Virus record (IMG/VR): IMGVR_UViG_3300020440_000003
Location: 1-32,578 of that record
Reading direction: 5' to 3' (one strand)
Source of the DNA: a virus
Taxonomy: Duplodnaviria > Caudoviricetes
DNA: 32,578 nt
Below the pieces are notes generated by a model that saw nothing but the letters and a program-made list of their open reading frames with translations, did no database searches and had not been told where the DNA came from. Positions 23,388 through 32,578 of this stretch are shown piece after piece (the stretch's first letter is position 1; every line of letters begins with the position of its first letter). A program made the position numbers and the translations under genes.

Positions 23388-24871
23388 TCTTCAGTTTCAT
23401 TTATAGGAACTTGACTTAATTGTGATCCAAAAAAGGGTGACAAACCTCTTACTACTGGATCAGCGCTAGTTAATAAACCAGTAGTTGGTGACATTCCCCC
23501 TATCCTTGCCATAGCAAGCTCAGAAAGAATTGCTGGAGGTCCTAATGTTACTAATTTTGTTGGATCTATAATTATATCTTGAGCCAATAATCTTGATGCT
23601 GTTCCAGTTTCAGGAAATTGAGAACCCAAAATTTGTTGAGCTTGTTCTGCTGTTTCTTGTAAGGGTTGTTTGCCAGCGATTGTTTGTCTTTTTCTTAAAG
23701 TTTCATCTTGTTTTTTTACTGCTCTTAATAGTTGAGCTGGCGTAAATATGCCTTCATTAACTATTGCATTTTCCATAGCTCTATTTATTGGTATCATGTT
23801 TTTGTAAACTTGATTTATTTTTTTAAGCTGATCTGAATTGGGGTTTTGTAAATCTATTTCATTTTCTAAAAGTCTTTTTATATTTGATAAAACCTCACCA
23901 ACATCTCCTTCAAAACCACCCCTTTTTTTATAGCTAGATGATAATTTTCTTAAATCAGTTTGTGCATTTTTTAATAAATTACCAGAAATTTTTCCATCTT
24001 TAATTTGCGTTAAAATAGTTTTATTAACGATTTTTAAAACTCTTTCCTGTTCTTTTGGATCAAGTATGCTATCTTCTATTGTGTTTAATATTTTATTTTC
24101 AAAGTTACCTAAATCTGAAATAGATAATTTTGGTAAAATTTTTGCATATTCTTCATCCAATCTATCTTGAACAAATTCAAAAGATTCTCTAGGTGTTAAA
24201 TTTTTAGGAATTTTTATATTTAAAGGTTGTACAGCTTCGTTAATAAAGACTTGGTTTGTTTTTATTAAACCTTCTAATCTTTTCCCTTGAATTACTGCAC
24301 CAGCACCAGGGTAAGAGGTAGTTAAATCTTCTAAAGCTGTAATTAATGATGATCCAATAGAGCCTTGATCTCTAAGAGATTGTCCTGGTGTTAATGGTAT
24401 GCCTTTTTCTTGAAGTTTTTTTGCTATCTTAGACTTTTGTGGTAGTAATTTTTCTGCGGCTTTAGATACGCCACCACCTAATGTAGCACCTAAAGCAGCG
24501 CCAGTTAGTCTTTCTTCTGCACTTTCTCCAGTTCCAGCTCCATACAATGCTCCTTCAATTGCACCTATTTTTCCAGCGCCAGTTAATCCAAGTCTAGCCA
24601 ATCCTGCTCCACCAAGCAAAGCTGATGGTATGCTTGCTAATGCTTCAGAACCATATGCTGCTACAGGTGCTTGCTCCCTAAAAGCATCAAGTTCCGATCT
24701 AATTGTTTCTAAATTTTCTTCATAACCTTTATCGCCAGCTAATGATCTTACAAAAGCCTCAGCTTCATCAGCAAAACCAAATAATAATCCTTGTCCTACA
24801 GATCTACTAAGACCTGTTGTAATATCTAGTTCTTGTGATTGTCTTTTAACTTTTTTCTTTGGAGCTGGCAT
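23384..24871 (-). CDS. Internal virion/DNA ejection protein
   Basis: GQGLLFGFADEAEA and G/A-rich hydrophobic segments, SGTA.R-like ETGTASR; last structural gene. Confidence 0.75.
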   Translation of the reverse strand: MPAPKKKVKRQSQELDITTGLSRSVGQGLLFGFADEAEAFVRSLAGDKGYEENLETIRSELDAFREQAPVAAYGSEALASIPSALLGGAGLARLGLTGAGKIGAIEGALYGAGTGESAEERLTGAALGATLGGGVSKAAEKLLPQKSKIAKKLQEKGIPLTPGQSLRDQGSIGSSLITALEDLTTSYPGAGAVIQGKRLEGLIKTNQVFINEAVQPLNIKIPKNLTPRESFEFVQDRLDEEYAKILPKLSISDLGNFENKILNTIEDSILDPKEQERVLKIVNKTILTQIKDGKISGNLLKNAQTDLRKLSSSYKKRGGFEGDVGEVLSNIKRLLENEIDLQNPNSDQLKKINQVYKNMIPINRAMENAIVNEGIFTPAQLLRAVKKQDETLRKRQTIAGKQPLQETAEQAQQILGSQFPETGTASRLLAQDIIIDPTKLVTLGPPAILSELAMARIGGMSPTTGLLTSADPVVRGLSPFFGSQLSQVPINETEE

Positions 24872-24880
24872 TATTTTTCT

Positions 24881-25957
24881 CTATAGAACGTCCTCGTCAG
24901 TTAAAATTCTAAATTCTCCATATTTTCCATCATAAACAAAATCACCAGCTTTTAGTTTACCCTCTTTAACTTGTTGATCGAAACTTTGGTCGCTATCATA
25001 AGATTTGAATACAGGGCCTAAAACACCATCTGCATATTCACCAAAACCAATTAAATCTCCTGCTCCTAAATTTTCATCCTCTATATATTTTTCCATTAAT
25101 TTTAACCTTTCTCTGTTGTGTTTAGCTACAGCACTCATACCACCAACTATTAAAAGGTTTCCACCTTCTTCTAGCTGTAGGCTTGGTGCAGATTCTCTAA
25201 ATAGTTGTACTTCAGTGTCAGAAGTAGAACCAGAACCAGCCACTCTCATTCTAGGAACAATATAATTTACAGTTCTTGTAAATAATTCTTTAGATTCCAG
25301 TCCTTTCAATTCATCTTCTGGCAATATATTTAGACCAGCTGCAAGCCTTTGAAATGGTATTTTTAATTCTTCAAATATACCTGTTTCAAGCTGTCCACCT
25401 TGAAGCTGTTTTTGTAAAATATTTAACCTGCCCTCTATATCAACGAATTGCTGTACTTGTTCTTGTGCATCTTCAAGAGTTCTAAAAGCTGATTTTGTGG
25501 CTTCTTTTTGAAATTCTGTTTCTACCTCTTGGTCTATACTGACAACAGGTGATTTTTTTTGTTGTAAATAATCAATAAATGTTCCTTTATATCCTTGTTT
25601 AACCGCTAACAGATAATTTTTTTGATCTGCTGTCAAATCTGAGTCCATTGTATCAAGCATACGAGGATCTACACCACCTCTAATTAATTTAATTTGATCT
25701 GCATATTTTGGATTTTTTTCTAATTCTTTCAAAATTGCCTCTTGCTCTCTTTCTCTTTTTTGTTCTTGTAAAATCTCTACTCCTCCTAATACAGCCCTAG
25801 TTGGATCTCGACCACTCAAAGAACTTCCTAAACCAAGCAAGGCTAAAGCAACTCCTGGTGGAATGTTGCTTAAAAATGGTCTTGAACTTGATCTGCCCTC
25901 ATCTGTTTGATCAACAATCTGATTTACTTGTGTTTGTGTTGGAAAAGGTGCGCTCAT
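24881..25957 (-). CDS. Internal virion/DNA ejection protein
   Basis: Helical; ALLGLGSSLSG, GY.GTF.DY, GSGSTSD.E; start probably 25957 (MSAPF). Confidence 0.7.
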   Translation of the reverse strand: MSAPFPTQTQVNQIVDQTDEGRSSSRPFLSNIPPGVALALLGLGSSLSGRDPTRAVLGGVEILQEQKREREQEAILKELEKNPKYADQIKLIRGGVDPRMLDTMDSDLTADQKNYLLAVKQGYKGTFIDYLQQKKSPVVSIDQEVETEFQKEATKSAFRTLEDAQEQVQQFVDIEGRLNILQKQLQGGQLETGIFEELKIPFQRLAAGLNILPEDELKGLESKELFTRTVNYIVPRMRVAGSGSTSDTEVQLFRESAPSLQLEEGGNLLIVGGMSAVAKHNRERLKLMEKYIEDENLGAGDLIGFGEYADGVLGPVFKSYDSDQSFDQQVKEGKLKAGDFVYDGKYGEFRILTDEDVL

Positions 25958-25979
25958 GGTTTTATTATGCTGGTGGTGG

Positions 25980-26822
25980 TCATGATGTTCCAAAAGCACC
26001 ACCTATTGCTAATGATGCTAATAAAGTTGCAAGCTGTCCTGCAACATCAGCACCACCTACATCCCTTCTTTGAACTTGTGATGATCCTGTTGGTATTCCA
26101 AACGCTGCTTGTGATAGTAACCCAATTTGTTGTGCTGGGTAAGCTAATGCACGATCAAACTCGCCTCTTGCTGCTGTAAGAGCTGCTTGTTGTAGTTGTC
26201 TTTGTTGTGCGCCTGTGCCTAATAAACCAGATATAGCCTGTTGTTGTGCAAGCTGTTGTTGTCCTAATAAATTAGCTCTAAATTGTTGTTGAGCAAGTTG
26301 TCTTTCAATATCGGATTGAGCAGCTCTTTGTGCTTGCTCAAAACCAACTTGTCTTAATTGTGCTGCGGTTCTGCCTGCTTGCTCAACAAAAGGTCTTGCT
26401 GCTTCAGATTCAATTAAAGCTGACCTTGAGCCACCAAAAGCGCCAGCTCTTATTGCTCTTTCTTGAGCTTGTCTTTGAGCAATATCTTGCTGTCTTTGTA
26501 TGTCACTAAGAGCAACATCTACTACCTGTTGTTCAAATGGTGATCTGTATGCACGAATATCAGCATCTAATAAAGATGGCGCTGGTTGTTGCATTAACTG
26601 CTGTCTTTGAGCAAATACATTTAATGGTTCTGCTTGACTAGCTACTCTTCTTTGAAATTCAAATCCTCTTAATTCGTCTGGTGAGAAACCAGCCACCTGT
26701 GGTCCTATGTAGGGTGTAAATGGTTGTTGAGCTACTGCTCTAGCTTGACCATATATATCTCTATATATATTTTGTTGAAATTCTGGAATTACTGTTTCTG
26801 TTGTTGTTGCACCTTTACTCAT
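25980..26822 (-). CDS. Internal virion/ejection (pilot) protein
   Basis: Q/A-rich; PY.GP.VAGFS, AGAFGGSR motif, hydrophobic G/A C-terminus. Confidence 0.75.
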   Translation of the reverse strand: MSKGATTTETVIPEFQQNIYRDIYGQARAVAQQPFTPYIGPQVAGFSPDELRGFEFQRRVASQAEPLNVFAQRQQLMQQPAPSLLDADIRAYRSPFEQQVVDVALSDIQRQQDIAQRQAQERAIRAGAFGGSRSALIESEAARPFVEQAGRTAAQLRQVGFEQAQRAAQSDIERQLAQQQFRANLLGQQQLAQQQAISGLLGTGAQQRQLQQAALTAARGEFDRALAYPAQQIGLLSQAAFGIPTGSSQVQRRDVGGADVAGQLATLLASLAIGGAFGTS

Positions 26823-27223
26823 AAATCTTTTTTTATTATATATTCTGGTTCAAAACCTAAATGTTTTATTTTTTTAATCCATCCTTTACGCCCCCCTAAA
26901 TAAAGTCTTTTTACATTTGCTCTACGAGCAAAATCCTCTATATAGGGAAACATTTCTTCAAGTTCTTTATAATCACCACCAGCAAATAATAAATTCATTG
27001 CTCTGTATTGTGGGAATATAATAAACTCTGTTATCATGGCTGATTTTTTACCTGGCCATAAATGAAATATTCCTTGTCTTATTCTATCCTCTATGTCATT
27101 AATTGTATAGCCATCTTGATGTTTTACAGCTCCCTCAATCCAATGTTTGCAACGCTCCCATTGTATTTTCCACTCCTCTTTTGCTTGAGATTGTCTGTCT
27201 AATTTTTTAATCGCCTTTTGCAT
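26819..27223 (-). CDS. GNAT-like protein of the podovirus tail module
   Basis: L.FAGG..ELEEM...IE.FA......GRKGW.K....LGF; position before the ejection genes. Confidence 0.7.
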   Translation of the reverse strand: MQKAIKKLDRQSQAKEEWKIQWERCKHWIEGAVKHQDGYTINDIEDRIRQGIFHLWPGKKSAMITEFIIFPQYRAMNLLFAGGDYKELEEMFPYIEDFARRANVKRLYLGGRKGWIKKIKHLGFEPEYIIKKDL

Positions 27224-27572
27224 ATTCTATAACGCTAAAAACTAAATCAATGTTAGCGTGATTGACTTGTCCTTTTATGATCTCGCCAGCCAACAAAATA
27301 ACTCCATTACCTTTTATTAATTCTTCAGTGGCATGAGCTGATATATTGTGTTGTTTAAAAAGAAAAAACTCATTAGAGCTTGTATCAGTTATTGATATAT
27401 CTAAGTTTGTTTGCTGATTGCCTGTATCACACGCAAACAAATTCTTAACAACAACAAAATCAAAGTCACCGCCAGATGGCGCTGTATAAATTGTTTCTTG
27501 CGTTGTGCCAGCAAAACTATGTTTTACATTGATGGCTCGTTGTATGTATTGTCTTTGTGAGGATAAGTCCAT
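27207..27572 (-). CDS. Virion structural protein (beta-rich)
   Basis: TIYTAPSG... beta-sandwich pattern; coupled to the nozzle gene. Confidence 0.65.
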   Translation of the reverse strand: MDLSSQRQYIQRAINVKHSFAGTTQETIYTAPSGGDFDFVVVKNLFACDTGNQQTNLDISITDTSSNEFFLFKQHNISAHATEELIKGNGVILLAGEIIKGQVNHANIDLVFSVIEYAKGD

Positions 27573-29086
27573 TATCTTTTACCCCTTGCTTTTGCATCCA
27601 CCCTAACCTGACCAAGTTTAAAATCTTGGTTTGTGTCACCTTCTACTTTCATTGAAATAGATCTTGCAGTAAATCTTGCATCCATATAACCATCTGATTC
27701 AAAAGTAAATGAGCCAAAGTCTGTTTCTGCACCATTTGCTGTAAATTGTCCTGTAAATGATAAAGTAACGCCAGGAAGCGTTGTAGCTTCTGAATCTGGT
27801 ATGATCTGATTGACTTGAGCTAGTTTATCTCCTTGTCCTATTTCAATAGGCCCTGTTTTGCAAAATGGTTTAGTTGAGCCTAATCCTAAAGAGTTTTCTA
27901 ATAAGGTAGATTCATGCTGTAGTATATTGCCAGAGCCATCACCAGCTATAGGATATTCTAAAACACCTTGATCCCACCAAGCACCTCTATCGACACCTGT
28001 GCCTTTACTCCAGACATTATCTTTATAGTTCCAAATAACATATCTTGATGGTGTGTAACCAGTATCAGCATCACTTGGAAAAAACCACCATATTTCATTG
28101 TAATTAGAATTGTGACCACCCACCGCAACTTTTCTCATAGGATAATCTAAATTATCGTAGATATAATCATGCACATCACATGATACTTCTCTAACATTAC
28201 CATCATAAACAAAGACAGAATTTTCTCCCAACCAAGCAAGAAAATCACCTGTGCTAACAACAGACCTCATACCCAAAGGACGGCAACTTTCACCAGCTTG
28301 TGCAATGCCATAAATAAAAGGATTACCAGAATAATACATTCTACTTAGACCTGTTTCTGTAAAAACTATAGTGTCTAATTTGTATTTTTTTGCACCTATA
28401 ATTTCACCAGAACTAGGAACTATTAAATCTCCTGCGGTATTGGTGGCTTTAGCTGTCCAGTTATTATTATCTTCTCTATTAGACCAGGCTATTTTTCTAG
28501 GATCACCACCTGAACCAAAAGTTACTAAATGTCTTTCATTTGTTACTACTATAGCTTTATTGTTTGTTGGTGCATTGCTTAATACAGTAGCGATAGTATC
28601 TGCTGATCCACTTGAATTAGATTGCCACCTATATACCTTACCATCACCAGCGAAACAAATTATTAAATCTTCACCCCAATTATCAAAAGAAAAATCTCTA
28701 GTGTTTAAAGATAAGCCTGATTGACTTCGTGCATCACCATAATCTTCAACACCCCAATGATAAGCACCATAACCTAAAGGATCTGCACTTGCATCATTTA
28801 CAAAACCAACTGGAGTTATATCTGTTGTAGAACCTTTATAAATGACAAATATTTTTTGTCTTGTGCCAACAGCAATAACTGGATTGCCTGCATTGTCATT
28901 ATAGGCATATAGGGCAATAACCTCTCCTGTTATTGTGCCATGTGATAATTTTTCCCATCCTTTTATGGGTGTGAGATAACCATTTTGAAATCTGACTAAA
29001 TTGCCATCAACCCAACGGCCTTTGTTGGAATATTCTGTGCCGTTAGTGACTATTCCTGCGGGTGGTGTAATTGATACTAAAGCCAT
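27572..29086 (-). CDS. Tail stabilisation/nozzle protein (P22 gp10-like)
   Basis: GRW.D.NLVRF..G.L.PI.GW, SFDNWGEDL, I.WS..ED...W, NEIWWFFP; beta-propeller repeats. Confidence 0.8.
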   Translation of the reverse strand: MALVSITPPAGIVTNGTEYSNKGRWVDGNLVRFQNGYLTPIKGWEKLSHGTITGEVIALYAYNDNAGNPVIAVGTRQKIFVIYKGSTTDITPVGFVNDASADPLGYGAYHWGVEDYGDARSQSGLSLNTRDFSFDNWGEDLIICFAGDGKVYRWQSNSSGSADTIATVLSNAPTNNKAIVVTNERHLVTFGSGGDPRKIAWSNREDNNNWTAKATNTAGDLIVPSSGEIIGAKKYKLDTIVFTETGLSRMYYSGNPFIYGIAQAGESCRPLGMRSVVSTGDFLAWLGENSVFVYDGNVREVSCDVHDYIYDNLDYPMRKVAVGGHNSNYNEIWWFFPSDADTGYTPSRYVIWNYKDNVWSKGTGVDRGAWWDQGVLEYPIAGDGSGNILQHESTLLENSLGLGSTKPFCKTGPIEIGQGDKLAQVNQIIPDSEATTLPGVTLSFTGQFTANGAETDFGSFTFESDGYMDARFTARSISMKVEGDTNQDFKLGQVRVDAKARGKR

Positions 29087-29089
29087 TCA

Positions 29090-30196
29090 CTAATTACTGC
29101 CCTCTAGTGATTCAATTCTACTTTGTAAATCGTCTATTATTGCTTGTTGTTCTTGAATAGCCTTTACTAAGTTTGGAACTAAGGGTGCAAAATCTAACAT
29201 CCATTTTTCTGTATCTGAACCAACTGTGACACCTCTTGCATAAGCGCCTATATCATCAAAGGCTTGTTTGTAAGATTGAGCGCCAAAACCACAACCATCA
29301 GTAACTCCTTCCGATGGTCTTGTATACTTTATTGGTTCTAGTTTAGAAATTAAATTTAAACCATCAGCTGGTCCTGTAATAGTTTTGTATCTTTCATCAG
29401 ATTCAACTGCTAATGTCATAGCATCACCTGAAAGATCGTAGTCTATTTTTCCTAAACTTGAGTTAGCATTTTTTCTATAAAATCTAACAAATCTATAAAA
29501 AGAAGCATCACCGGTATCTGAATCTAAAGCTAAAACTGCATCATCATTGTTACCTGTCTTTTTAAGGTTTAATATTTCGTTTTCAAATATTGTTGTGCCA
29601 CCTATAGATACTTGACCACTAGCATTAATTTGCATCCTTTGACCACCACCAGTATCAAATCTGATAATATCTTCGTCAGAAGATTCTTCACATTGAACTT
29701 TAGTATCGCCGTCAGCGTCTTGTATAGCTGTTGGTGTTGAAGATATAGTAGCAAAAGATAAAGCTCCACTTCCGTTTGTTTGTAAAACTTGGTTAGCACT
29801 ACCATCTGATGTTGGGAAAGTGTATGCACCATTAAATTGGACTACTTGGCTTTCATTAATACCAATAGCAACGCTTGTTCCTACTGTGCTGCCATGACCA
29901 ATAACAAGATCATCTACAGAATCATCAAGTGCAATATAGAAATCTTGTGCATTACCATCAAATTGAATTGTGACATCTTCTGCGCCAGCATCACCCAATG
30001 TTAATTTTGGAGTTGTGCCTTGAATAATTACATCACCACCAAAAGTTACAGCTCCCATTGAAACTGCTGTACCTGATGTGCTAAAAATTGCATCAACAGT
30101 ATCTAAATTTGTATTTAATTTTGTACCCCATGTGTCGGTAGAAGCTCCGACTTCTGGTTTTACTAGACTTAAATTTGTTGTGTTTGTATCTGCCAT
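29090..30196 (-). CDS. Tail fibre with C-terminal intramolecular chaperone (peptidase S74-like)
   Basis: N-terminal L.L.KPEVGAS.DTWG.KLN adaptor; [20 protein letters not shown]; SDERYK cleavage motif; LVKAIQEQQ coiled coil. Confidence 0.87.
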   Translation of the reverse strand: MADTNTTNLSLVKPEVGASTDTWGTKLNTNLDTVDAIFSTSGTAVSMGAVTFGGDVIIQGTTPKLTLGDAGAEDVTIQFDGNAQDFYIALDDSVDDLVIGHGSTVGTSVAIGINESQVVQFNGAYTFPTSDGSANQVLQTNGSGALSFATISSTPTAIQDADGDTKVQCEESSDEDIIRFDTGGGQRMQINASGQVSIGGTTIFENEILNLKKTGNNDDAVLALDSDTGDASFYRFVRFYRKNANSSLGKIDYDLSGDAMTLAVESDERYKTITGPADGLNLISKLEPIKYTRPSEGVTDGCGFGAQSYKQAFDDIGAYARGVTVGSDTEKWMLDFAPLVPNLVKAIQEQQAIIDDLQSRIESLEGSN

Positions 30197-30198
30197 AA

Positions 30199-30768
30199 TT
30201 ACCTATTTGATATTTGTTCTGTCCAAGTTGTAGATGGATTTGTTTGATCTGTCCAAACTACACTTGGATTTATTTCTTTCTCCCATTTTAAACGACCATC
30301 TACAGAAATGCTAGAAGTATTGTTGATTGATGAAGCTCCTTGTTTAATAAGACCAGCTGAAGAACCAACAGAAGAAACTGTTGTTATTGTTGCTTCTCCG
30401 ACATTAATTTGAGTTCCTTCTGAGGTAACAGATGAAGATACTGTTATACTTGATTCACCAATATTAACCTGAGTTCCAGCAGATGATACAGAGGAAGATG
30501 CTGAAACAGAACTAGATCCTATTAGCAAGATTACTCCAGCACTAGATAATGATGCTGAAGAACTTATTGAGGTCGCACCTTCACGAATAAGCAATCCGTC
30601 AGATGATAATGATGATGAAACATTTATATTAGATTCACCTAAATCTATTTGTGTGCCTGAGCAACTAACTGATGCAGATGCGGATATATTTGATGTTGCT
30701 AACTCATATTGGGTATCACCCCAATTTGATCTGCCATAACTACCAAACCCATATCCTTGTTGGGCCAT
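30199..30768 (-). CDS. Ser-rich structural protein with 20-aa repeats
   Basis: GYGFGSYG start; about 7 tandem 20-residue units beginning with G; W-containing C-terminal repeats. Confidence 0.75.
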   Translation of the reverse strand: MAQQGYGFGSYGRSNWGDTQYELATSNISASASVSCSGTQIDLGESNINVSSSLSSDGLLIREGATSISSSASLSSAGVILLIGSSSVSASSSVSSAGTQVNIGESSITVSSSVTSEGTQINVGEATITTVSSVGSSAGLIKQGASSINNTSSISVDGRLKWEKEINPSVVWTDQTNPSTTWTEQISNR

Positions 30769-30771
30769 GTG

Positions 30772-31155
30772 TTAATCCAACGAAATAGTTACTGAACTTG
30801 CGTTAAATCTAAAGACATCACCACTACCTACAGTTTTACTTGCTGTTAATGCACCATAGGCAAGTAAATTACCGCTTGATGATGCGTCAAATAAACCCAT
30901 GTGGGTAATTGTGCCTTGTGATCCTGTAGCTGTTGGAAACTCAACTGAGCCACTATTAGATATTGAGCCACTTGAAGCAGCACTAAAAGCCATAACCTGT
31001 CTTGCATAACCATTGCCAGAAACTTCTGTGCCACCACCTGCGTCATTTGGTGCAGCAGTGAATAAAGCCACATAAATATTAGATGGAGCTGTATAAGCTG
31101 AATTTCTAAAAACGTGGTCTAAAACTTCTAATTCTAAAAAATTACTAAATGACAT
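30772..31155 (-). CDS. Virion fibre/decoration-associated protein
   Basis: SNFLE..LDH, YVALFTA.P...GGGTEVSG.GYARQ, THMGLFDA.SSGNLL; AGGAG RBS. Confidence 0.8.
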   Translation of the reverse strand: MSFSNFLELEVLDHVFRNSAYTAPSNIYVALFTAAPNDAGGGTEVSGNGYARQVMAFSAASSGSISNSGSVEFPTATGSQGTITHMGLFDASSSGNLLAYGALTASKTVGSGDVFRFNASSVTISLD

Positions 31156-31163
31156 AAATTCTC

Positions 31164-31814
31164 CTAGTCTCCTTTCATATAATAAACATTTTTCTTAGCT
31201 TTTCCATAACTTTTTCTTCTTTGTAGTAATGAACCTTTAGCAAATTTAGCTTTTTCATCTTCCATTCTTATTTCTTCAATGGCTTTTTCAAATTGGTTGT
31301 TAAAAAGTACAGCTCTATCATCTTCCATTAAAAATACTGATGCGTGTTTTAATGCACCATATAAATAAACATCTGGATGATCGTTAGAAACAAAATTAGA
31401 TGTATTTGAATCGCTTAAAGGTGTTACTTTTGCATAATAGGTTAGCTGTAAGTCATAGTTTTGATCTGGGGTTGGTGCAAATTCCAAAGTATCATTGACA
31501 ATAGCAAAATATACAGGCTGTCCACTAGAGTTATCAATACTTCTTCTATAAACATCTAAAGATTCTACTGATTGTTGGAATAATGGAGAGAAATTATTTG
31601 AGACTATTTCAACATTAATAGCTTCCATCCAATCACTTGGTAATGTTAGATATTGATTTTCTAAAACAGCATTTGCTCTTTTAACCATATCTTTTGTTCT
31701 TATTTTTCTATTTATTTCTGCTTCAGCTTGGTCTATAAAAATATCTAACTGATTTGTTAAATCAGATCTATTCAAATATGAAGCAATGTTTGTTTTTAAT
31801 TCACTATAAGTCAT
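31164..31814 (-). CDS. Head-tail adaptor protein
   Basis: TY.ELKT.IA.YLNR.DL, LPSD, G.P.YF, P.PD..Y, PDVYLYGAL. Confidence 0.82.
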   Translation of the reverse strand: MTYSELKTNIASYLNRSDLTNQLDIFIDQAEAEINRKIRTKDMVKRANAVLENQYLTLPSDWMEAINVEIVSNNFSPLFQQSVESLDVYRRSIDNSSGQPVYFAIVNDTLEFAPTPDQNYDLQLTYYAKVTPLSDSNTSNFVSNDHPDVYLYGALKHASVFLMEDDRAVLFNNQFEKAIEEIRMEDEKAKFAKGSLLQRRKSYGKAKKNVYYMKGD

Positions 31815-31816
31815 GT

Positions 31817-32107
31817 TTATATTTTACCCTTCCAAACCCTAAATAATTTATTATCAGGATTATTTAACCATTTTTTTAAAGCCCTCTTATCACGAATAGA
31901 GCCATCTCTAACCATTCTTTGATATATTACCATAGGAATTTCTGCAACGTGCCTAAATTCTTTACCAGGCTTTAGCTCTCCTAATTTTTTTGTTAATTCT
32001 ATAACAGGTTGTACGTTTTGTGAGGTGTGGTAAATGTGTTTGTTATCTTCGGTTGCAAATTCATTTTTGTAACCTGTTTTATGATCGATAATAGTTTTTA
32101 CAGTCAT
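31817..32107 (-). CDS. Conserved-type hypothetical protein after the capsid gene
   Basis: Q.V.PVI...HVA.IP....WLN.PDN..FR..G pattern. Confidence 0.75.
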   Translation of the reverse strand: MTVKTIIDHKTGYKNEFATEDNKHIYHTSQNVQPVIELTKKLGELKPGKEFRHVAEIPMVIYQRMVRDGSIRDKRALKKWLNNPDNKLFRVWKGKI

Positions 32108-32133
32108 AATAAAATGGGGGGCAAAAGCCCCCC
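32108..32133 (-). terminator. Rho-independent terminator after the major capsid gene
   Basis: Minus strand GGGGGGC-TTTT-GCCCCCC followed by ATTTTATT. Confidence 0.8.
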
Positions 32134-32146
32134 TAAAGGTTAGTTA

Positions 32147-32578
32147 TTAACCTGCGTCAGTAGATGAAACTTTAACATCTGCAACGATACCATGTGCTGC
32201 TTCGTTTTTAACCTCAAGACCATATTCACATACAATCATTTTGGTTTCTGCATCACCGATAGTTGAAATATCAATAGTTTCAAAATCTCTTAAATATGCA
32301 ACTGCTGCATATTCAGGATCTAACAGATGAACTGCTTGCTCTCTACTTCTGTTTGATGGCACAACTTGTAGTTCACCAAAATCACCTGAGTAGATAGAAA
32401 CAGATGCTTCTACTGTATTAGCATCAACAAACTGTCTTGCTTGCGCTCTTCCTGTGAAACCAGAAATAACACCTTTGTTATATGGTCCGCACATTAAGAT
32501 TGAAGGCTCTGCACCACTAGCGAAACATTGTTGTTGAACATCTTTAACCATAGCTTCGGTTAAATCTCTTCTAGTTCC
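32147..32578 (-). CDS. Major capsid protein, C-terminal part
   Basis: In frame with 1-596 across the overlap; Y.GDFG.L.VVP.R, LR, GDA.....EYGL...NE.AHG motifs. Confidence 0.9.
   Translation of the reverse strand, partial: GTRRDLTEAMVKDVQQQCFASGAEPSILMCGPYNKGVISGFTGRAQARQFVDANTVEASVSIYSGDFGELQVVPSNRSREQAVHLLDPEYAAVAYLRDFETIDISTIGDAETKMIVCEYGLEVKNEAAHGIVADVKVSSTDAG
32502..32578. repeat. Second copy of the 77-bp terminal overlap
   Basis: Identical to 1-77. Confidence 0.97.

Noticed and set aside
25960-25982. Stop-codon readthrough or recoding (TGA followed in frame by CCA CCA CCA GCA TAA TAA)
   Set aside because: It would add only a few residues; TGA is used as a normal stop in many ATGA overlaps elsewhere, so there is no evidence of an alternative code.
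1-32578. tRNA genes, introns/inteins, reverse transcriptase/DGR, DNA or RNA polymerase
   Set aside because: No T-loop/cloverleaf seen by eye; terL, primase and portal are uninterrupted; no RT or polymerase motifs in the ORFs. A tRNAscan/Infernal run would be needed to exclude small RNAs fully.

Overview
The window is a complete, circularly assembled bacteriophage genome of 32,501 bp. Bases 1-77 are repeated exactly at 32502-32578, and the major capsid gene runs across the join. It is AT-rich with podovirus-type architecture and resembles small marine phages of oligotrophic Proteobacteria; the host is an inference and cannot be read from the sequence. The minus strand carries a late operon: terS, terL, portal, a run of tiny basic proteins, lysis genes, scaffold, capsid, adaptor, fibres, nozzle, ejection proteins, a PD-(D/E)XK nuclease and a tyrosine recombinase. 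A second minus-strand operon runs: Xis-like HTH, Cas4-like nuclease, Sak4-like ATPase, SSB, primase-helicase, three different DNA methyltransferases, an iteron origin and a wHTH initiator. The plus strand carries an early cluster of about 14 small genes and a two-gene operon where a CI repressor would be expected. Most notable: (1) a methyltransferase array in which the enzymes alternate with duplicated small partner genes; (2) a probable multi-TRD C5 methyltransferase with repeated linkers; (3) a plasmid-like iteron origin with mutually exclusive hairpins over the rep start, plus an arm-less recombinase with no flanking att space; (4) an early mini-gene array joined by a repeated junction motif; (5) a translationally coupled cluster of protamine-like peptides after the portal. 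Family names are from motif recognition and memory, not database searches.
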